A DNA stretch of 64,000 bases from Octopus sinensis (lineage: Eukaryota), in NCBI RefSeq assembly GCF_006345805.1, contig NC_042997.1, positions 30,070,001 through 30,134,000 on the forward strand, written 5' to 3'. The notes below the pieces were generated by a model that did not search any database, had not been told where the DNA came from, and saw only the letters and a program-made list of their open reading frames with translations. Below, piece after piece: positions 38,944 through 53,635 of the stretch. Numbering within the stretch: position 1 is the stretch's first letter; each line of letters begins with the position of its first letter. The translations under genes were made by a program, and so were the position numbers.

Positions 38944-41639
38944 CGTGTCTATGTTTTTATTTATGTATGTATGCATATGTGTATTTATATAAACATCCTC
39001 ACAAAAATACTTGGTATTGCCAGGGGGACGAATATAAGGGAAAACCTTTTGTTAAACTGAAACGATTTAACCTGTAGAAAAATATTTTGTTATGCTATTC
39101 ATAGGTAATTATATTTGATTAAATTACTTTATATTGCAAGATAGATATATATACATCGTTGAATTTTCCTAGGTTACTGTGATGTGTACAAGTTTTGAAA
39201 TAGTTTTAAATAATTGAAGCTTAAGATATAAGAAGATATTATCTTTACTTTACTTCATATATTTTCTTGCAATTTTAAATTGATGTACTATGGGCACTTC
39301 CAGTGCATTACCCTGTCCGCTATGCTTTCTTCATTTGATATTGACCATGGTGTTTTGCATTCTGCTTCATTCATTTCATGTAAAGTCATCAACTCACTCA
39401 TTGCGATGTTTGCTGGATACTAGTGTGTTTCAAACAGATGTAACTCACCGCATTGTCTTCTTGATGGATGAAGAGTTCAGGAAGTGCGACATCCTCAGAA
39501 GGCAACAGGGCTTTGAAAAAATGATAACATTGTGCACAGAAGCAGGAACCAGCTTTGACCAAAAATCCCCGAATTGGAAGGCGTTCAGCTAATCGCTATT
39601 GAAGGGACAAATTGCTTCGTGCGGACAGATAAGCCTCATTTCATGAGCGTGCTGCACAACTGGATTATAATCCCAATTCATAACTGAAAATTCTGAAAGA
39701 TGTGGGACATCCGAAAGTAAATGCGAACTAGGAACCTCAGAAGTTGAAACCTGATTTGAAGAAGACATTTTTGGAAGCGTGTTCTGATCTGCTGGATCTG
39801 CTTAAAGAGTTTGAAGCCAAAGGAAACATGTTTTCTAGATCAAAAAAATCCCATTTTACCGACCTAGAAATGGGGAATGAAACTTGGGCACATTTTAAAG
39901 ATTTTATGAAATGGTTTCACACCTCGTCCTCAAAGCGTAACATTTTCAAGAGCCGGTGACTGGCACAGAAAATTAAGTTGACGCTTTTGGGAGAATGACA
40001 AGGAAACATTCACGTTGATTTTAGGGAAATGACGGCGCATCAAAGAAACATTTTCTGGAAAAGGCGGTACATCAAACATTTAAGATAAGAAAAAAGGTCT
40101 AAGAAACCGTTCGGAAGAAGAGACGCACAAGAACTTGAACACGATTCGACGTTGCTACGTCTGACTATATACATATTCCACAACAAAGCATGCAAAGCAT
40201 GCAATCAGCTAAATCGGTTGGTCGGTGGCTCCCTAGCCACTGTTCAGCCTTAATCTTGGGCTTTCTGGTTTCTCCTATTCGCTCCAATGAAGAACAATCT
40301 TCATGATTGTAAAAGTACACATGAATTTTTCTAAAAATTATCCGAAAGTTGGGGGTCAATAATGGAGTTCTATTGACTAGTATTATACTGTAGCAACATG
40401 TGTAATACGAACGACATAAGTCCTTAATAGAAAGTGTGCTTTCCCATGTGCAATCAAGAACATTGTCACTCTTGCGCCTGCATTTTATTTTGACAGTCTA
40501 CTCTTTTCACATGCAACGATTTTTACAGACAAAAATAATTATCGTAACGAAACTATAGAAAGTTTAAACTATAGCTAAAAGTTAAAATTTAAAGATTGAC
40601 AAAAAGTAATTAATATAAAATGTCGATGAGGAGCCAAATATTATAATTTACTTTTCGAAATGAGTTATCAAGTGCAGTTATTTTTACATGTATCTTATTT
40701 ACTTATAAAAGGTTTTCTTGTCCGCGATGCTATCTTCACAAGTTATCTAAAAGATGCTGTTCAAAAACAAAAACAGACAGAGATCTATACTAATATTGTT
40801 TAATAACCTACCTATAAATATTCTTAGGTTCAGCGCGCTAAATCAACATAGTTTTATTCTTTTGCATTTCAGGTTTCATTTACTTTTATTTTCAATCCAT
40901 CGCCTATTTATATATCCCTAAAAGGAAGGAGCGTTCGATTTGAATAATGATGATATTTTTGCGCCGAAACTTGCATTTAAAACCAGAAATGTTTCCACCT
41001 AAAAGTTAGACTAAACAATTTGTTTTAACACCTAAACCGGCTTCCTGGGAATTTTTTTTATTATTAAATATGCCTATTTTTAAAGTAATGGGACATCGGA
41101 AAACTTTTAACGAGTGCATTACTTCAATTAAAAACATCCCTCATTATACATATATATATATATGGTGGGGGGGGGAGCATAAAGCGAAACTGGAACTGGA
41201 CCGAAACTGAACCAGTAGAGTGCTACAGTTCGGCAAATTTTCTTAACTACTTTTATGAAGGTTTCATTGTTACAAAATTTATTAGTGGTCGCCCTCAAAT
41301 TTGACCACATTTTGAGTCAATTAGCCTTTTCTTCCTACAGCAGAATTGATTAGATTTACGAAATTGCATTTCCCTAAATGATATCTTTAATATAATCGTA
41401 ATTAAGACAAAAATAATAAAGAAGGCAATTACACAGAGTAGTGCATTTAAGCATTATACCCTAAGATTTTAACACAGGCATTTTATTGTAAATATTTTAC
41501 CCAAAATTTTCCTCTCATGACATTTTCAAATGTAGCGGAGCAGTGACCTGTTTGAATTCATTTGATCCTTTTTAAATCCGTCAAGAACTGAATCAGAAAA
41601 ATATTTACATACATATATATTCACACACAAACAGAGACA

Positions 41640-41729
41640 GACACACATAAGCCCGGGGCTACTGTGGAAGCCCTTTGATACTTACACGACTGCAAAAGCG
41701 AGCTTCTTAACCACACAGGCAGGCCTGCG

Positions 41730-41733
<4 letters not shown>
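41640..41733 (-). mobile_element. Degenerate SINE C fragment
   Basis: GCCCGGGGCTACTGT...CTTAACCACACAG...CCTGCGCCTA resembles the family C head. Confidence 0.5.
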
Positions 41734-41767
<34 letters not shown>

Positions 41768-41842
41768 TGTATATGTGTGTGCGTGTGCGCGTATGTGTGT
41801 ACATACATGTGTATATAGGCATATACATGTATATATACATTC

Positions 41843-41873
<31 letters not shown>

Positions 41874-42494
41874 TATACTCGGAAGAAGCTGATGATTCAC
41901 TAGGTCTTTGTAACTCTAGTTAACGCTTGACGGGCTGAAAGCAGCGAGAATCAATGAGTAACACCGGAGTGATTCATCACCTTCTTCCGAAACTCACACA
42001 CACACACACATACACACATATATATATATATACACAAACACATACACACATACACACATACATACACACGTATATTCATATGAAATTACTTTATTTCTGT
42101 GAGCCCATATTATTAAGTTTTTGTTCGTCCCTTCAAGAAATCCAATCCATTCCTTTCAATCTTATTTCAATGGAAGCCGTACTTGGTTGATATGATTCCC
42201 GACGCTGGGTGTAATTTATGTCATGTTAAGAAACTAAATGGCCAGAAATATGAGACGAAGAGATCCAGATAGCCACACCTGCATGCCTGGAAGTGTCTCC
42301 GGCCATGCATGAAAAGAGTGGCCTTTATATATTGGGTGTTGTTATGAAAATATCAGACATCCGGTTTAATCACTGTATCGTAATGGATCTGAACAAATAT
42401 GTATGAGCCAAACATACCAGCTATTTTAAGGAAGTAGTGCTAATATGCTCACTCACTCTCTCTCTCTCTCTCTCCCTCTCTCTACATATATATA

Positions 42495-42539
<45 letters not shown>

Positions 42540-43303
42540 ACATATAGCATATTATGTATGTATATATAAATATATGTATATGTATATAAAGCGATGGTTT
42601 GTTGCCAGCTTAATGTGACAGTCCCAGGACAAAATACAATGCTACTGCTATTTAGCCCCAAGAAACACCGTTTCTAGTTGACTACGTGACACAAGCGTTC
42701 TGTATCCTTAAATTTTCAAAAAGGGGAGATAAGCACCTCCGCCTAACAAAGCCTGCTCCAGAGACTTGTTTTAGGGTAGTTGCTCTTCATCAATCTGGAG
42801 TAGCTTGGTTTAGAAATGCAATATTTCTAATTATATATATATATATATTCTCTTAATTTTTTGGTAGTTATATATTCATAACATAAACAAGATGTTTAGT
42901 CGGGAAACTATATATTCTCACAATATACATTAAATTAAGATTGATGATTAAATCTTAAAACCGATGGACCTCTCAATCAAATGCCAAGCAGTGTATAGAT
43001 CCGTTAACATTACCGATGTTCAAACCTAGTAAAAGACAACTCTGCTTCCCGCCCATCTCTTTAGGATGAATAATATAAGTATTGCTCATATACATGAACG
43101 TTGATGTACTTCTGCTTCTGCCAATGTCACAAAGAGCAAACTGTAACCTATTGTCGAATCGGAATCAGCTTTTGTCCTTGTTTTGACTCTTGAACATGGA
43201 GATTTCAAATTTTTAAACTTTTTTTATTGTATTTATTTACTAGCACTTCAGCTGCCAACATGATAGTATTTAACTATATTTATTTAAGTATAGAGTGAAT
43301 TAT

Positions 43304-43503
43304 TCTTTTACTTGTTTCAGACATTTGACTGCGGCCATGCTGGAGCACCGCCTTTAGTCGAGCAAATCGATCCCAGGTCTTATTCTTTGTAAGCCCAGTA
43401 CTTATTCTATCGGTCTCTTTTGCCGAACTGCTAAGTGACGGGGACGTAAACACACCAGCATCAGTTGTCAAGCAATGCTAGGGGAACAAACACAGACTCA
43501 CAA

Positions 43504-43570
<67 letters not shown>

Positions 43571-43737
43571 TGCGACAGGCTTCTTTCAGTTTCCGTCTAC
43601 CAAGTCCACTCACAAGGCTTTGGTCGGCCCGGGGCTATAGCAGAAGACACTTGCCCAAAATGCCACGCAGTGGGACTGAACCCGGAACCATGTGGTTGGT
43701 TAGCAAGCTACTTACCACACAGCCACTCCTGCGGCTA
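43304..43737 (-). mobile_element. SINE family C
   Basis: Full-length match. Confidence 0.9.
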
Positions 43738-46700
43738 TTATGCAGAATAAAAAAAAATTGATATAAAAATATATAAAATTCTGTGGTTACAACATCTTTT
43801 GTCAAGACGCTTGAATCTATGAAGTTTCTTTGTCCTCCATAATCTTCGTTCTCTAACTCAAAGTCAATGCAATTCGCTGTTCTACTAAGATCAACAAAGG
43901 CAAACATCCCCTAGCGTTTTTAAAGTTTTAATTAGAAAATGTAATTTGCCTTTCTCTAAACGCAAAGCTTTCACTACAGTAGCTTTTTTTATTTTTTAAT
44001 TACGCAAGTTAATATATTATTTTAACAAAAGATAAAAGTTTCTATATCCTTTTCTAAAAAAAAATTATTAATTATTGAAGAATTTATTGAGTGACCTGCC
44101 AATATTTCGGCAAAATGCAAATAGTCGGTGAAAGTTAGATGGCAACTGCACGATTAATATGTAATTGTCAATAGAACATCTGCTTGTAGATGTCTCTATA
44201 TCGTTATGTTCATGATTCCCTATTAATCTATTTTTCTCTTTCTCTCGTTCCTCCACTGTTCCGATTACGATTTTGTCTTGTATCTTCCATCGGTTTCCGC
44301 CTTAATGATTTTAATAGATTCATCTTTTCTTTCCACTGATTGATTACATTCCGTGCTGAGTGCCTTCTTCTCTAAGTGGTGGCGCAAATATTCCTGCCGC
44401 TTGTTCGCTTTATAGTATTTATCTCACTCTGTTGTACACAGTAGTGTGTGGGTGAGTCTAACGTGACTGTCTGCATTCGTTTCCTTTGTCATTTATTTCA
44501 GCTAATCTTGTAGAAATACCCAAAAGACAATGAAGAAAATAATCACTTGGGCTTTTATGTCGATTGGCATTTTCAAAAGATTTTATGTCACGGTTTATGA
44601 ACAAAAGCGATGTTACTCGTAGTTTTCAAGCGAAACAATCAATGGGTTCACTATACTTTTCACACTTGTTTGTTGGTGTGTGTGGTGTGTGTGTGTGTAC
44701 TGTGTATCTGCGCGTGCGTGCGTGCATGTGTGTATGTGTTTGCACATGATAGACCACTGCATAGTTTCTGGCCACTAAATTCATTCGCCAGTTATTTATC
44801 AACCGGAAGTCAGAAGACACTTGTAAATTTGTCGTATGGTGGAATTGAACTCGGAAATACACTCAGAGGAAGCGAATCCTTTCACCACACACCCATGTAT
44901 ATGGTCTGCTAATTTGAAGTACTCTGAGTACTTGCCATTGAGAAGCCTACACATTGAGAATGTCAACGCATTATCAGGAATAAACCATGCTTCTTATTGA
45001 GCATCACTCACCTCTATCTCACTTTTATCGCAGGGCACATGAATATAAGAAAATTATTTCCTAGAGACATCCTTCTTAGAAAAAATAGTATAAGAGGAAA
45101 TCCGAACTGATAACCGCTTGTTATAATTGTCTGCATACTTTCAGTAAGCGGGTTCTAAGCAAATGAATGATTTAATGAAGACATTAATTCAATGGTCTAC
45201 AGAAACTATGACTTTTAATGATAATATACCTAATTATAGAAAGCTAAGTTATATGTTCATATCTGTTAAACGAAGCGCATTAAGCCATTAGGGGATAAGC
45301 ATTATAAATGTTTGTCAATGAGTATTTTTATAATTCTATCGCTAATTCTGAGTGTATGTTATATGTGTGTGTGTGTAACCAGTGAAACAGAGGCCCTGAA
45401 ACCTTACCATACACCTTGATTTTCTCTACATCAGCAGGGGATGAACACAAATAGTCAGCGATACTAATAGCTTACCGTTAGGAACCAAAATTTTTAGGTG
45501 TTTAACTTATGAGTCAATTTCCTGTGCCTGCTTGAAAAGATAAAAAAAAGTGATAAAACAAACATTCAGTCTAAATCCACCGAATGATATCGACACAGAT
45601 TTTGCTTTTACAAGAGCATTAAAATGGAACATTCTGGAATTTCTGCCTCATGGGTTATATTTTTTAGTCCTTGGACAATAACAGGAATCTGTGTGATGTT
45701 TCTTTTACATATATTTTTTGCTGTTTTTTTCTTTATTTTCATATTTTCACAACATAAGCCAAAATAAATAGACAGACATCAGTTAAACATTTAAGAATAT
45801 ATAATGATGAATAAGTTATCTACTAGGTAATGTCTTGATATATTCGTAAAGAATGTCATTGCCAACCATGAGGGAAAGGAACTTATTTCAGAGGTTAACG
45901 CAAGCGGACTATGGAGACATAAATCTTAAGAATCCCACCTGCCCTACACTCAATAGAACCTCACCCGCTCTAAACAATCGTATTATTTACATATACATTT
46001 GCAAGTGCTATATATTAGCTCTTTACATAAGTCAAATCCACAGATATAGTAATTTCAGTTCACTTATGTTCATGGTACCTTTAGGAAAGGCATCAACAAC
46101 CAATTTTTTTTCTATTCTAAGAAAAATAAAGCTTTTGGCTTCATACCAATATATAAAATCATTTTCTATAGATAATCTATAGCAAAAAATTACTGTTGGT
46201 GCTGTTTAACTTCAGGCGAGTCATGGTTATGCAGAGCTCTATGATTAAAGGCTTTCCATCTATGACCATCCCGTCTTTTTTTGGGGGGAGGGGTATTGTG
46301 TTTACAACTACATTATTGAATATGTTTTCCCTTTCAAGGTGGTAGGTTGTATTTTTAGTGGGATTTTTGCTTTCTGTTGCAGATGACTGATTAAGTAGAA
46401 TCCCGCATATTGACTCGTACGACACCTATATGATGATAAGTTGGCAATAAGGTAAAACAAAGAAAATAATGACTTAGTAAATTTAGTTACATACATTTTA
46501 TTGACTGAATTTAAATCTCGCATGTTATGAGCTTGGGTAACATCTAGCAGATGCGGATAAATATGTAAAAAAATACATTGAACATTTATTAATACTTTTT
46601 CTGGTTCCTATCTGAATATGAATCACGGTAAAATCGAATCTGTTAGGCAGATTTGCGTATATGAAGGCAGAAATTTCCTATTACAAATTTGGTTCCATTG

Positions 46701-47789
46701 CCATCAACAAGGTCGGTTCTATTGTATAAAGTAAAGGGAGTGCAGAATAAAATAGACATTGACATTTCTGAACTCTACTGCAGCTTATGCCGGTCGTTAA
46801 GCACCTTGACTGCGATTATTATGCAGTGGCTGTAACAGAACGAAACATCTCATTCCACCGTCCTCACTTGACTGTGTGGTGACATAATAAATTCTATAAG
46901 AATTGCAAGCTAAGTAATAGCATGAATGCAAAGCGAGAGTGTGTGAAACCCGCAGTTATTAGATATTCACAGCGCTATTTCTCCTCCATTATAAAATATA
47001 CGCGATTGTACCATTGTACTTAGGCAAAACGTAACTAATACATTTGAACTACGTCATTATAAGTTATTTTTTCTGTTACATTAATTCTTAAATGAGTTCG
47101 CACTATCCTTCCTTAGAATATTTCAATTATCTAATTAAATTTCTAGAAATTGCTCCGAAATATTTTCCACTTAATTAAGTGTCTCGTGATTATTATTTAG
47201 ATTTCAAAATTCATGAATAATTCATTTTAACCTAAGGTACCATTTTGAAGATAATAATTAACTTGCAAAGTTTGTTTACTATTGCTGTCTGGGAGTTCAG
47301 ATCATTGACATTGTTGCTGCGGGGGTAGGGAGTAACCCGAAGTTCATTTTACATCTCAAGCAGAAGTTAGAAAATTTTCTTTGGATTTTCTCGTTTAAAA
47401 AGGCATTGCAATTTTTAATTCCCAGATCACAAGTACACATAAGGAAATAATTAATGAGATGCACATAGGTGCAGTCAGCAATTAATACATCTGTATAATT
47501 TAAGAAAGCTGGATTTCTGAGTTATGATTAATTCACATTTATTAAAAGAGCTTATGGACAATAGTACCAGTCTGTAGAATGGAGACACGCGCACACGCAC
47601 ATACATACACATATCTATGCATGTATGTATGTATGTATGTATGTATGTATGTATGTATGTATGTATGTATGTATGTATATATGTGTGTATGTATGTGTGT
47701 GTATTTATACTTATTTATATATACAAATAAAAATATATACTTATATACACACACAAACACACACACATGTGTATATATATATATATATA

Positions 47790-48036
47790 CAGTGTACATT
47801 TAAACACATAAGAGGTATCCGTCATAGGAATCCTGCACGCTAGAAGAGACAGCCAAACCCCTAATAGGGATAAAAACTTCGAAGGGAATGAAAAATGGTC
47901 CAGGAGATAGATAGTATTTTTATTTTGCATTCCCTTCGAAGTTTTTATCCCTAATAATGGTTTGGACTTTGGCTGTTCCTTCTAGCGTGCCAGGATACCA
48001 ATGACAGATACCTCTTATGTGTTTAAATGTACACTG
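47790..48036. mobile_element. Tc1/mariner-type MITE, 247 bp, almost fully palindromic
   Basis: TA|CAGTGTACATTTAAACACATAAGAGGTATC ... GATACCTCTTATGTGTTTAAATGTACACTG|TA; ~110-bp imperfect arms. Confidence 0.8.
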
Positions 48037-48136
48037 TATTTATATGAATAATATATAGTCTCTTGACTAATTTTTCTACACGCTGGCCCACTGGTAGTAA
48101 AAATTTCTAAAATCTGTATTACCCTGATATTATTAA

Positions 48137-48216
<80 letters not shown>

Positions 48217-48933
48217 GATTGTGTGAGTGTGAATGTGAGAGTATTTCATCACAAGTATACGAACCTATATTTAAATATCCATGTATAACGTACTAATTTC
48301 ACAATGTTCATTAAGTGCAGATTTATCTGATTCACAAGTTGATGATGAGTATGTGCCTCGCGCCAGGGAAAAGTTAGGAAAATCAATTGTTATAATCTCA
48401 TATCTCTCCGAGGGATGTATTTCTAAATCAAATAGTTTGTAATATTTTATTTACTTTCTGTTACGTAATATTTGCAACATAAACATATGACTGCCTTTCA
48501 TCTTTTCTTATTAAAATAGATAGCAGTGTAACTCAGTAAAATAACCAGAAGTATTTCGAGTATTTGAAGGTATATTAAGTGATGTCTGCTATATATTTTC
48601 ATCTAAAATATTCTGAGATAACAAACATGAAACCCATTAACAGACATTTTGAAAATACCGAAGGGAAATTTTTCAACTCATCTAAAGAGCAATTATATAT
48701 ATTTCTCTTTATAGCGTCAGTATGTCTCTATCAATCTATATTCCTAGCTCAGTTGTCATATCTCTTTTTTCATCGCTTTCTTCTGTGTATGCGAGTGTAT
48801 ATGTATGTCTGTCTCACCGTCTAGCTCTCTTCTTTCCTTTCTTCCTTTCTGTTTATCTCTCCCCTCACACACACACACATAAGATGAAATAGAGTGGTAG
48901 ATTTGTCTACCACACACACGCACATACACACAC

Positions 48934-48964
<31 letters not shown>

Positions 48965-49076
48965 AAGAAGGTATTGATATCTAGAAGACCCAAAGAGAGG
49001 CGGGGAATGCTAAGTAAGTGCTATAGATAGACAGTGGTTAAACTCATGTTTCACTCATTATTTAGATGACTGGTTC

Positions 49077-49214
49077 GAATTGAACTTGGAATCTTGGGGT
49101 TAGTATCCCGCGCTTTAACCACTACGTCATATGCCAACGGGCTTCTGACGTAGTGGTTAAGTGCGCGAACTACTAATCCCAAGCTTCCGAGTTCGATTCC
49201 ATACACTGACTTGA

Positions 49215-49265
<51 letters not shown>
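49077..49265. mobile_element. Palindromic back-to-back pair of tRNA-like heads followed by (AAT)n
   Basis: 49146-49198 (TGACGTAGTGGTTAAG A box ... GAGTTCGATTCC B box) is an imperfect reverse complement of 49077-49129; 16-nt spacer. Confidence 0.75.
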
Positions 49266-49266
<1 letters not shown>

Positions 49267-49282
49267 TGTATATATATATATA

Positions 49283-49600
49283 TAAAGAAAACAGAAAATG
49301 GAGAAATATTGATGAGCAGCAATTGATTTACATCAATTATTATTTATTAATTCAATACAAGTAGACTGCAATCTATTTGCATTGAATTAATGAATAATAA
49401 TTGATGTAAGTCAATTGTTCATCCACATTTCTCCATTTTCTGTTTTCTTTACTATTTATCCTTGTCTTTACCTATAATTTATGAGCATAATATGCTTGCA
49501 TATATATGTCCCTGGTTAAACATAGATAATATACCGCTAATATAATGGATACTTCTATCCCTTAGACGCATATTCTAACCTCTAACTGAGCTAACCTCTT
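49283..49600. mobile_element. Inverted-repeat element, copy 2 (internally deleted relative to 1771-2337)
   Basis: Hairpin 49283-49451 plus the shared 3' extension ending CTAACCTC. Confidence 0.6.
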
Positions 49601-49617
49601 ATGTATATATACATACA

Positions 49618-49676
<59 letters not shown>

Positions 49677-50109
49677 TCAAAATAAGCATCAAGAATATCT
49701 CCGGTAATTTGGTACGATCGTTTCACGCTACATCATTTTATTCATATTGTAAATATTAAAACAGTTTTAAAATGTTGAGCAATCATCAGCCATTAATAGA
49801 GGTTTCCCATTAATACATAATTTTCAACTTAATTGATAACATTATAGAGAAATTAGATATATAGACAAATATGTTGATTTGAATTTTAAGAACATTGAGG
49901 TAGTAGAGCTTATCTTATGACTGAATAGTTCTCTAAGTTATTTGGATAGCACCATACAAAGTACTGGTGCATCTAGCTTAAGTACCATATTCGTCTGAAT
50001 CTAAATTTTGCTGAACTTATATATATATATATACATGCAGAGAGACAAACAGACATAAGCACAACAACACATACACATACACACACATTTGTATATATAT
50101 AATTCTCTG

Positions 50110-50405
50110 ACAAGTGCCACGTGGAAGCGAGTATGATATCATGTTATAACCAAGCTTTCGCTGACTGTTTTAGTCGCCTACATGGTCGCAGTTTCTCTCG
50201 GCTCTCCGACTCCATCACGAGCACTCCATGGATGTTACGTGAATAGTAGGAACAGGACTGCACCAGCTGAGCCGTTACTCACTTCTAGTGGAGTAGACTA
50301 CAGCAATAAGAAATGAACTGCCTTGTTCAAAGACACAATACGCCTGGTCCAGTAACTGAAATCACGACGTTATGATCGAAATCATATTCACTAACCACGT
50401 GACAC
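50110..50405 (-). mobile_element. Diverged tRNA-derived SINE, family D
   Basis: Minus-strand head GTGGTTAGTG...GATTTCAGTTAC followed by CORE-like TGTCTTTGAACAAGGCAGTTC. Confidence 0.45.
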
Positions 50406-50788
50406 ATATTATACGTATATGTGTCTGTATTTATACATATGTGTGTTGTGTGTGTGTGTGTGTGTGTGTGTGTCTGTATACATAGTATATACATATAATA
50501 GTGAATGTGCATGTATTTATGTATATATATATACGCATATGTACACGCATATTTATTATATAGATATAAGTATACACATACATGTATATACATATATATT
50601 AGTGTGTGTGTGTGTGTAATCATAACATGACCCATATGCTTATCCTAGCTGTCATCTAACATGAAGACACTTTACTTGGAAGCTCTCCCAGAGAAAAAAG
50701 CAAACATTACACACTCTTAAGTATAGATAAGAATGTTGATGAATTATAATGAACCGAGAATATCAGTTCTCTATTTGCACTATCTCTA

Positions 50789-50913
<125 letters not shown>

Positions 50914-51184
50914 CCATATATATCCATAAATATTTATACACACATATGCCTGTGTGTTTTGTCATGACCGAGAATAATCATATGCGTGTACATTAATAAA
51001 CATGTATATATATATATATATACTTGTTTTATGATACTGTTCTCGGTATATTTGTATGCAATAAAAACGAAGAAAGCACAAGAAAAAGAAGCAACAACGC
51101 GAGCACGTTGTACATGCAATATATATACATATATATATATATATACACGCACACCTATGTATACACATGCATATATGTATAAAT

Positions 51185-51378
51185 ATATATGCATGTGTGT
51201 ATGTATGTATGCATGTATGTATGTATGCATGTATGTATGTATGTTTGTTTGTATGTATGTATGCATGTATGTATGCATGTATGTATGCATGTATGTATGT
51301 ATGTATGTTTGTTTGTATGTATGTATGCATGCATGTATGTATGCATGTATGTATGTATGTATGTATGTATGTATGTAT
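51185..51378 (+). repeat. (TATG)n microsatellite
   Basis: Directly visible. Confidence 0.95.
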
Positions 51379-53001
51379 AAGCATTCGTATATTTGTTATT
51401 TGTACTGTAATTGGGAGGAACACAAAGACCATTTATATATAACTTAAATATAAACTATTCACATTTCGTACAAAATTAACGATGTTACTTTACAGTGAAT
51501 ATATACTACGGCTTTGTATGGGCCTATCTGTGTGAGTGTTTTGTGTGTTTCAATGTAAAGGGTTGAAGTTTGCAATATCCTTCATTTGCATTTATTTGCT
51601 TATAAATTAACAAACATCTACATTCAGAAACTTTCATCAACTCAGGCGTCTACCTTTTATATCTCTTTATATCAATGCGTAAGGTTAGATTTAAGTGGTA
51701 AACCTAAATACCAGATACAACATTTATATGATAAAATACCATATTAATGTGTATGATGACAACCAGATTTAATATTGTTAATTAAACGAAGCACAAGAAT
51801 GTAAAGTGGGAAGTTATAAAATCAACGACTTTTCTTTGTCTATAATTTATGCTATATAGCGATCGCTATCTGCTGAGCAGCGATAAAAGCACGGTCAGTT
51901 CACTGTATGAAACTCTAAGCTCAAATTACAATTTTCCAAATGGAAGAGTTAAAGTTAAACAGAAATATATTTGAAAATTAAATGAAAATCAAGAACACAA
52001 AACTGATGTAAGCAATGATTTCGTTTTGACTAAACATTAGGACAACCTTCCTCGGGTGTATAACATCGTTTGAATTGATTCGTGTATGAATTCTCTTATA
52101 TTGAAACAGAGAAGGAACGTAAAAATTGATTTAGGCGGAAAGTTTCGAACTCAAACCATGTAGAGACAAAATTAAGTAAACCGCTTAGAAATTAAATTCA
52201 GTGAGGTAGCTTTTACGGCTGTTTCCTAACTTTAGCTCAATGACACGTGTTTGAAGGGATTCGTGTAGGTTAATACAGGTATTTATTTCGCCGATATCAG
52301 ACAGATGGTCACACTCAACGACAGTTAAACCCCGTCTCTGTGTATCAATTCACTGTTTTCAACCATTTTACTAGTGACTGAATTTCACCGCATGGTAATA
52401 ATCTCTTTCTTTTGGTTGTTGTTGGGATTTGGTGGAATAATCGTTTTTTCTTACTGAGACTTGGTTCAATGAATAACTGATTCGATTAATAATAAATTAC
52501 ACAAATTTCTTATAATATGAACACCGAAAGAATGGAAAACAAATAAGTTTCGCAATAATTGAATAAATACGAATATAGACCTATCTAAACGATTTTGAGT
52601 TCAAAGTTCCAGTCGACTATGTCAACCCTTAGATAATATAGTACTTATTTTATGAATCGTCAAACAGGTGAAAAGCAAAGTTTTCCATGGATATGAAACA
52701 AGAATCCTAAAATATTGTAACTATATAGAGCAAGGCACTAAGTCTGACGCACAGAGGTGTATTCAAATAAATCTAATATACAAACAGGCAGAGTTGTTTG
52801 AATGTCAGAGAGAATGCCATTACAGAATTATTCTGGCTCCCAGCGCTCTCACTTCGAATCCTGAAGAATAAAATTTAGTCTTTTATCATTTCAAGATCGC
52901 TAATTAAATTATCAGTTAAGGGTGGATTGGCAGGAATAGAGCCTCATACATGATGCGTTGCAGAATATTTTCTAGTTGTTTGCAATCTTTTTTTTTTTCA
53001 G

Positions 53002-53139
53002 ATTCTGCTTTCCATCTCCAGCATCAGCGAGACAGGAAACGGAAGCTTCGGAACACGGCTAACAGACGGATCGCCGCGTCTCTTAGTGCCACATCTCGGA
53101 CAAATGAATATTGAAGAATGCAAATGCGAACCCCGCACA
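53002..53139 (+). other. Candidate isolated exon of an unidentified gene
   Basis: Poly-T tract + CAG acceptor at 53000-53001; GC/CpG-richer non-repetitive sequence; open 138 nt to a weak GTTAGT donor, or phase-1 frame ending at TGA 53114. Confidence 0.25.
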
Positions 53140-53635
53140 GTTAGTGAGATATATGCTCACACAGGGAAACAAAAACTTAAGTAAGACATACTAACGAACC
53201 TGTAACCCACAACCACATTAATAATTATTATTATGATCTTCAATAATAATTTCTAACATCATCTTATTGATTTCTAGCCTAAAAATTGATTTATAACACT
53301 GAAACAAAGCCAATAAGAAAATTTCCAATAATGTACTATATTGCTTTTAGTACACTATTCCTTCCGGCAAAACTTCTAATAACGAAACCAATTAACTCCG
53401 GTGAGATTTGAAGGTAGAATGCTAAGAGATATGAGTTAATTGCCGCAAGCTATAATGGTGATTTCTGACATAATTTTCATAAGATGGAATGTTTTACTAC
53501 ATAAACGCCAATACTTGACTGAAATTTATTTTATCGACCCAGAAGGAGCTTGGCGGAAATTAAACTCTAAACGCTAACAAAAGTGATCTAAATATCACAC
53601 GCACTCAAAAACTTAAATAATGACGACATAGATAG

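Noticed and set aside
45853-46523. Short ORFs in non-repetitive DNA
   Set aside because: No recognisable domain or consistent splice structure.
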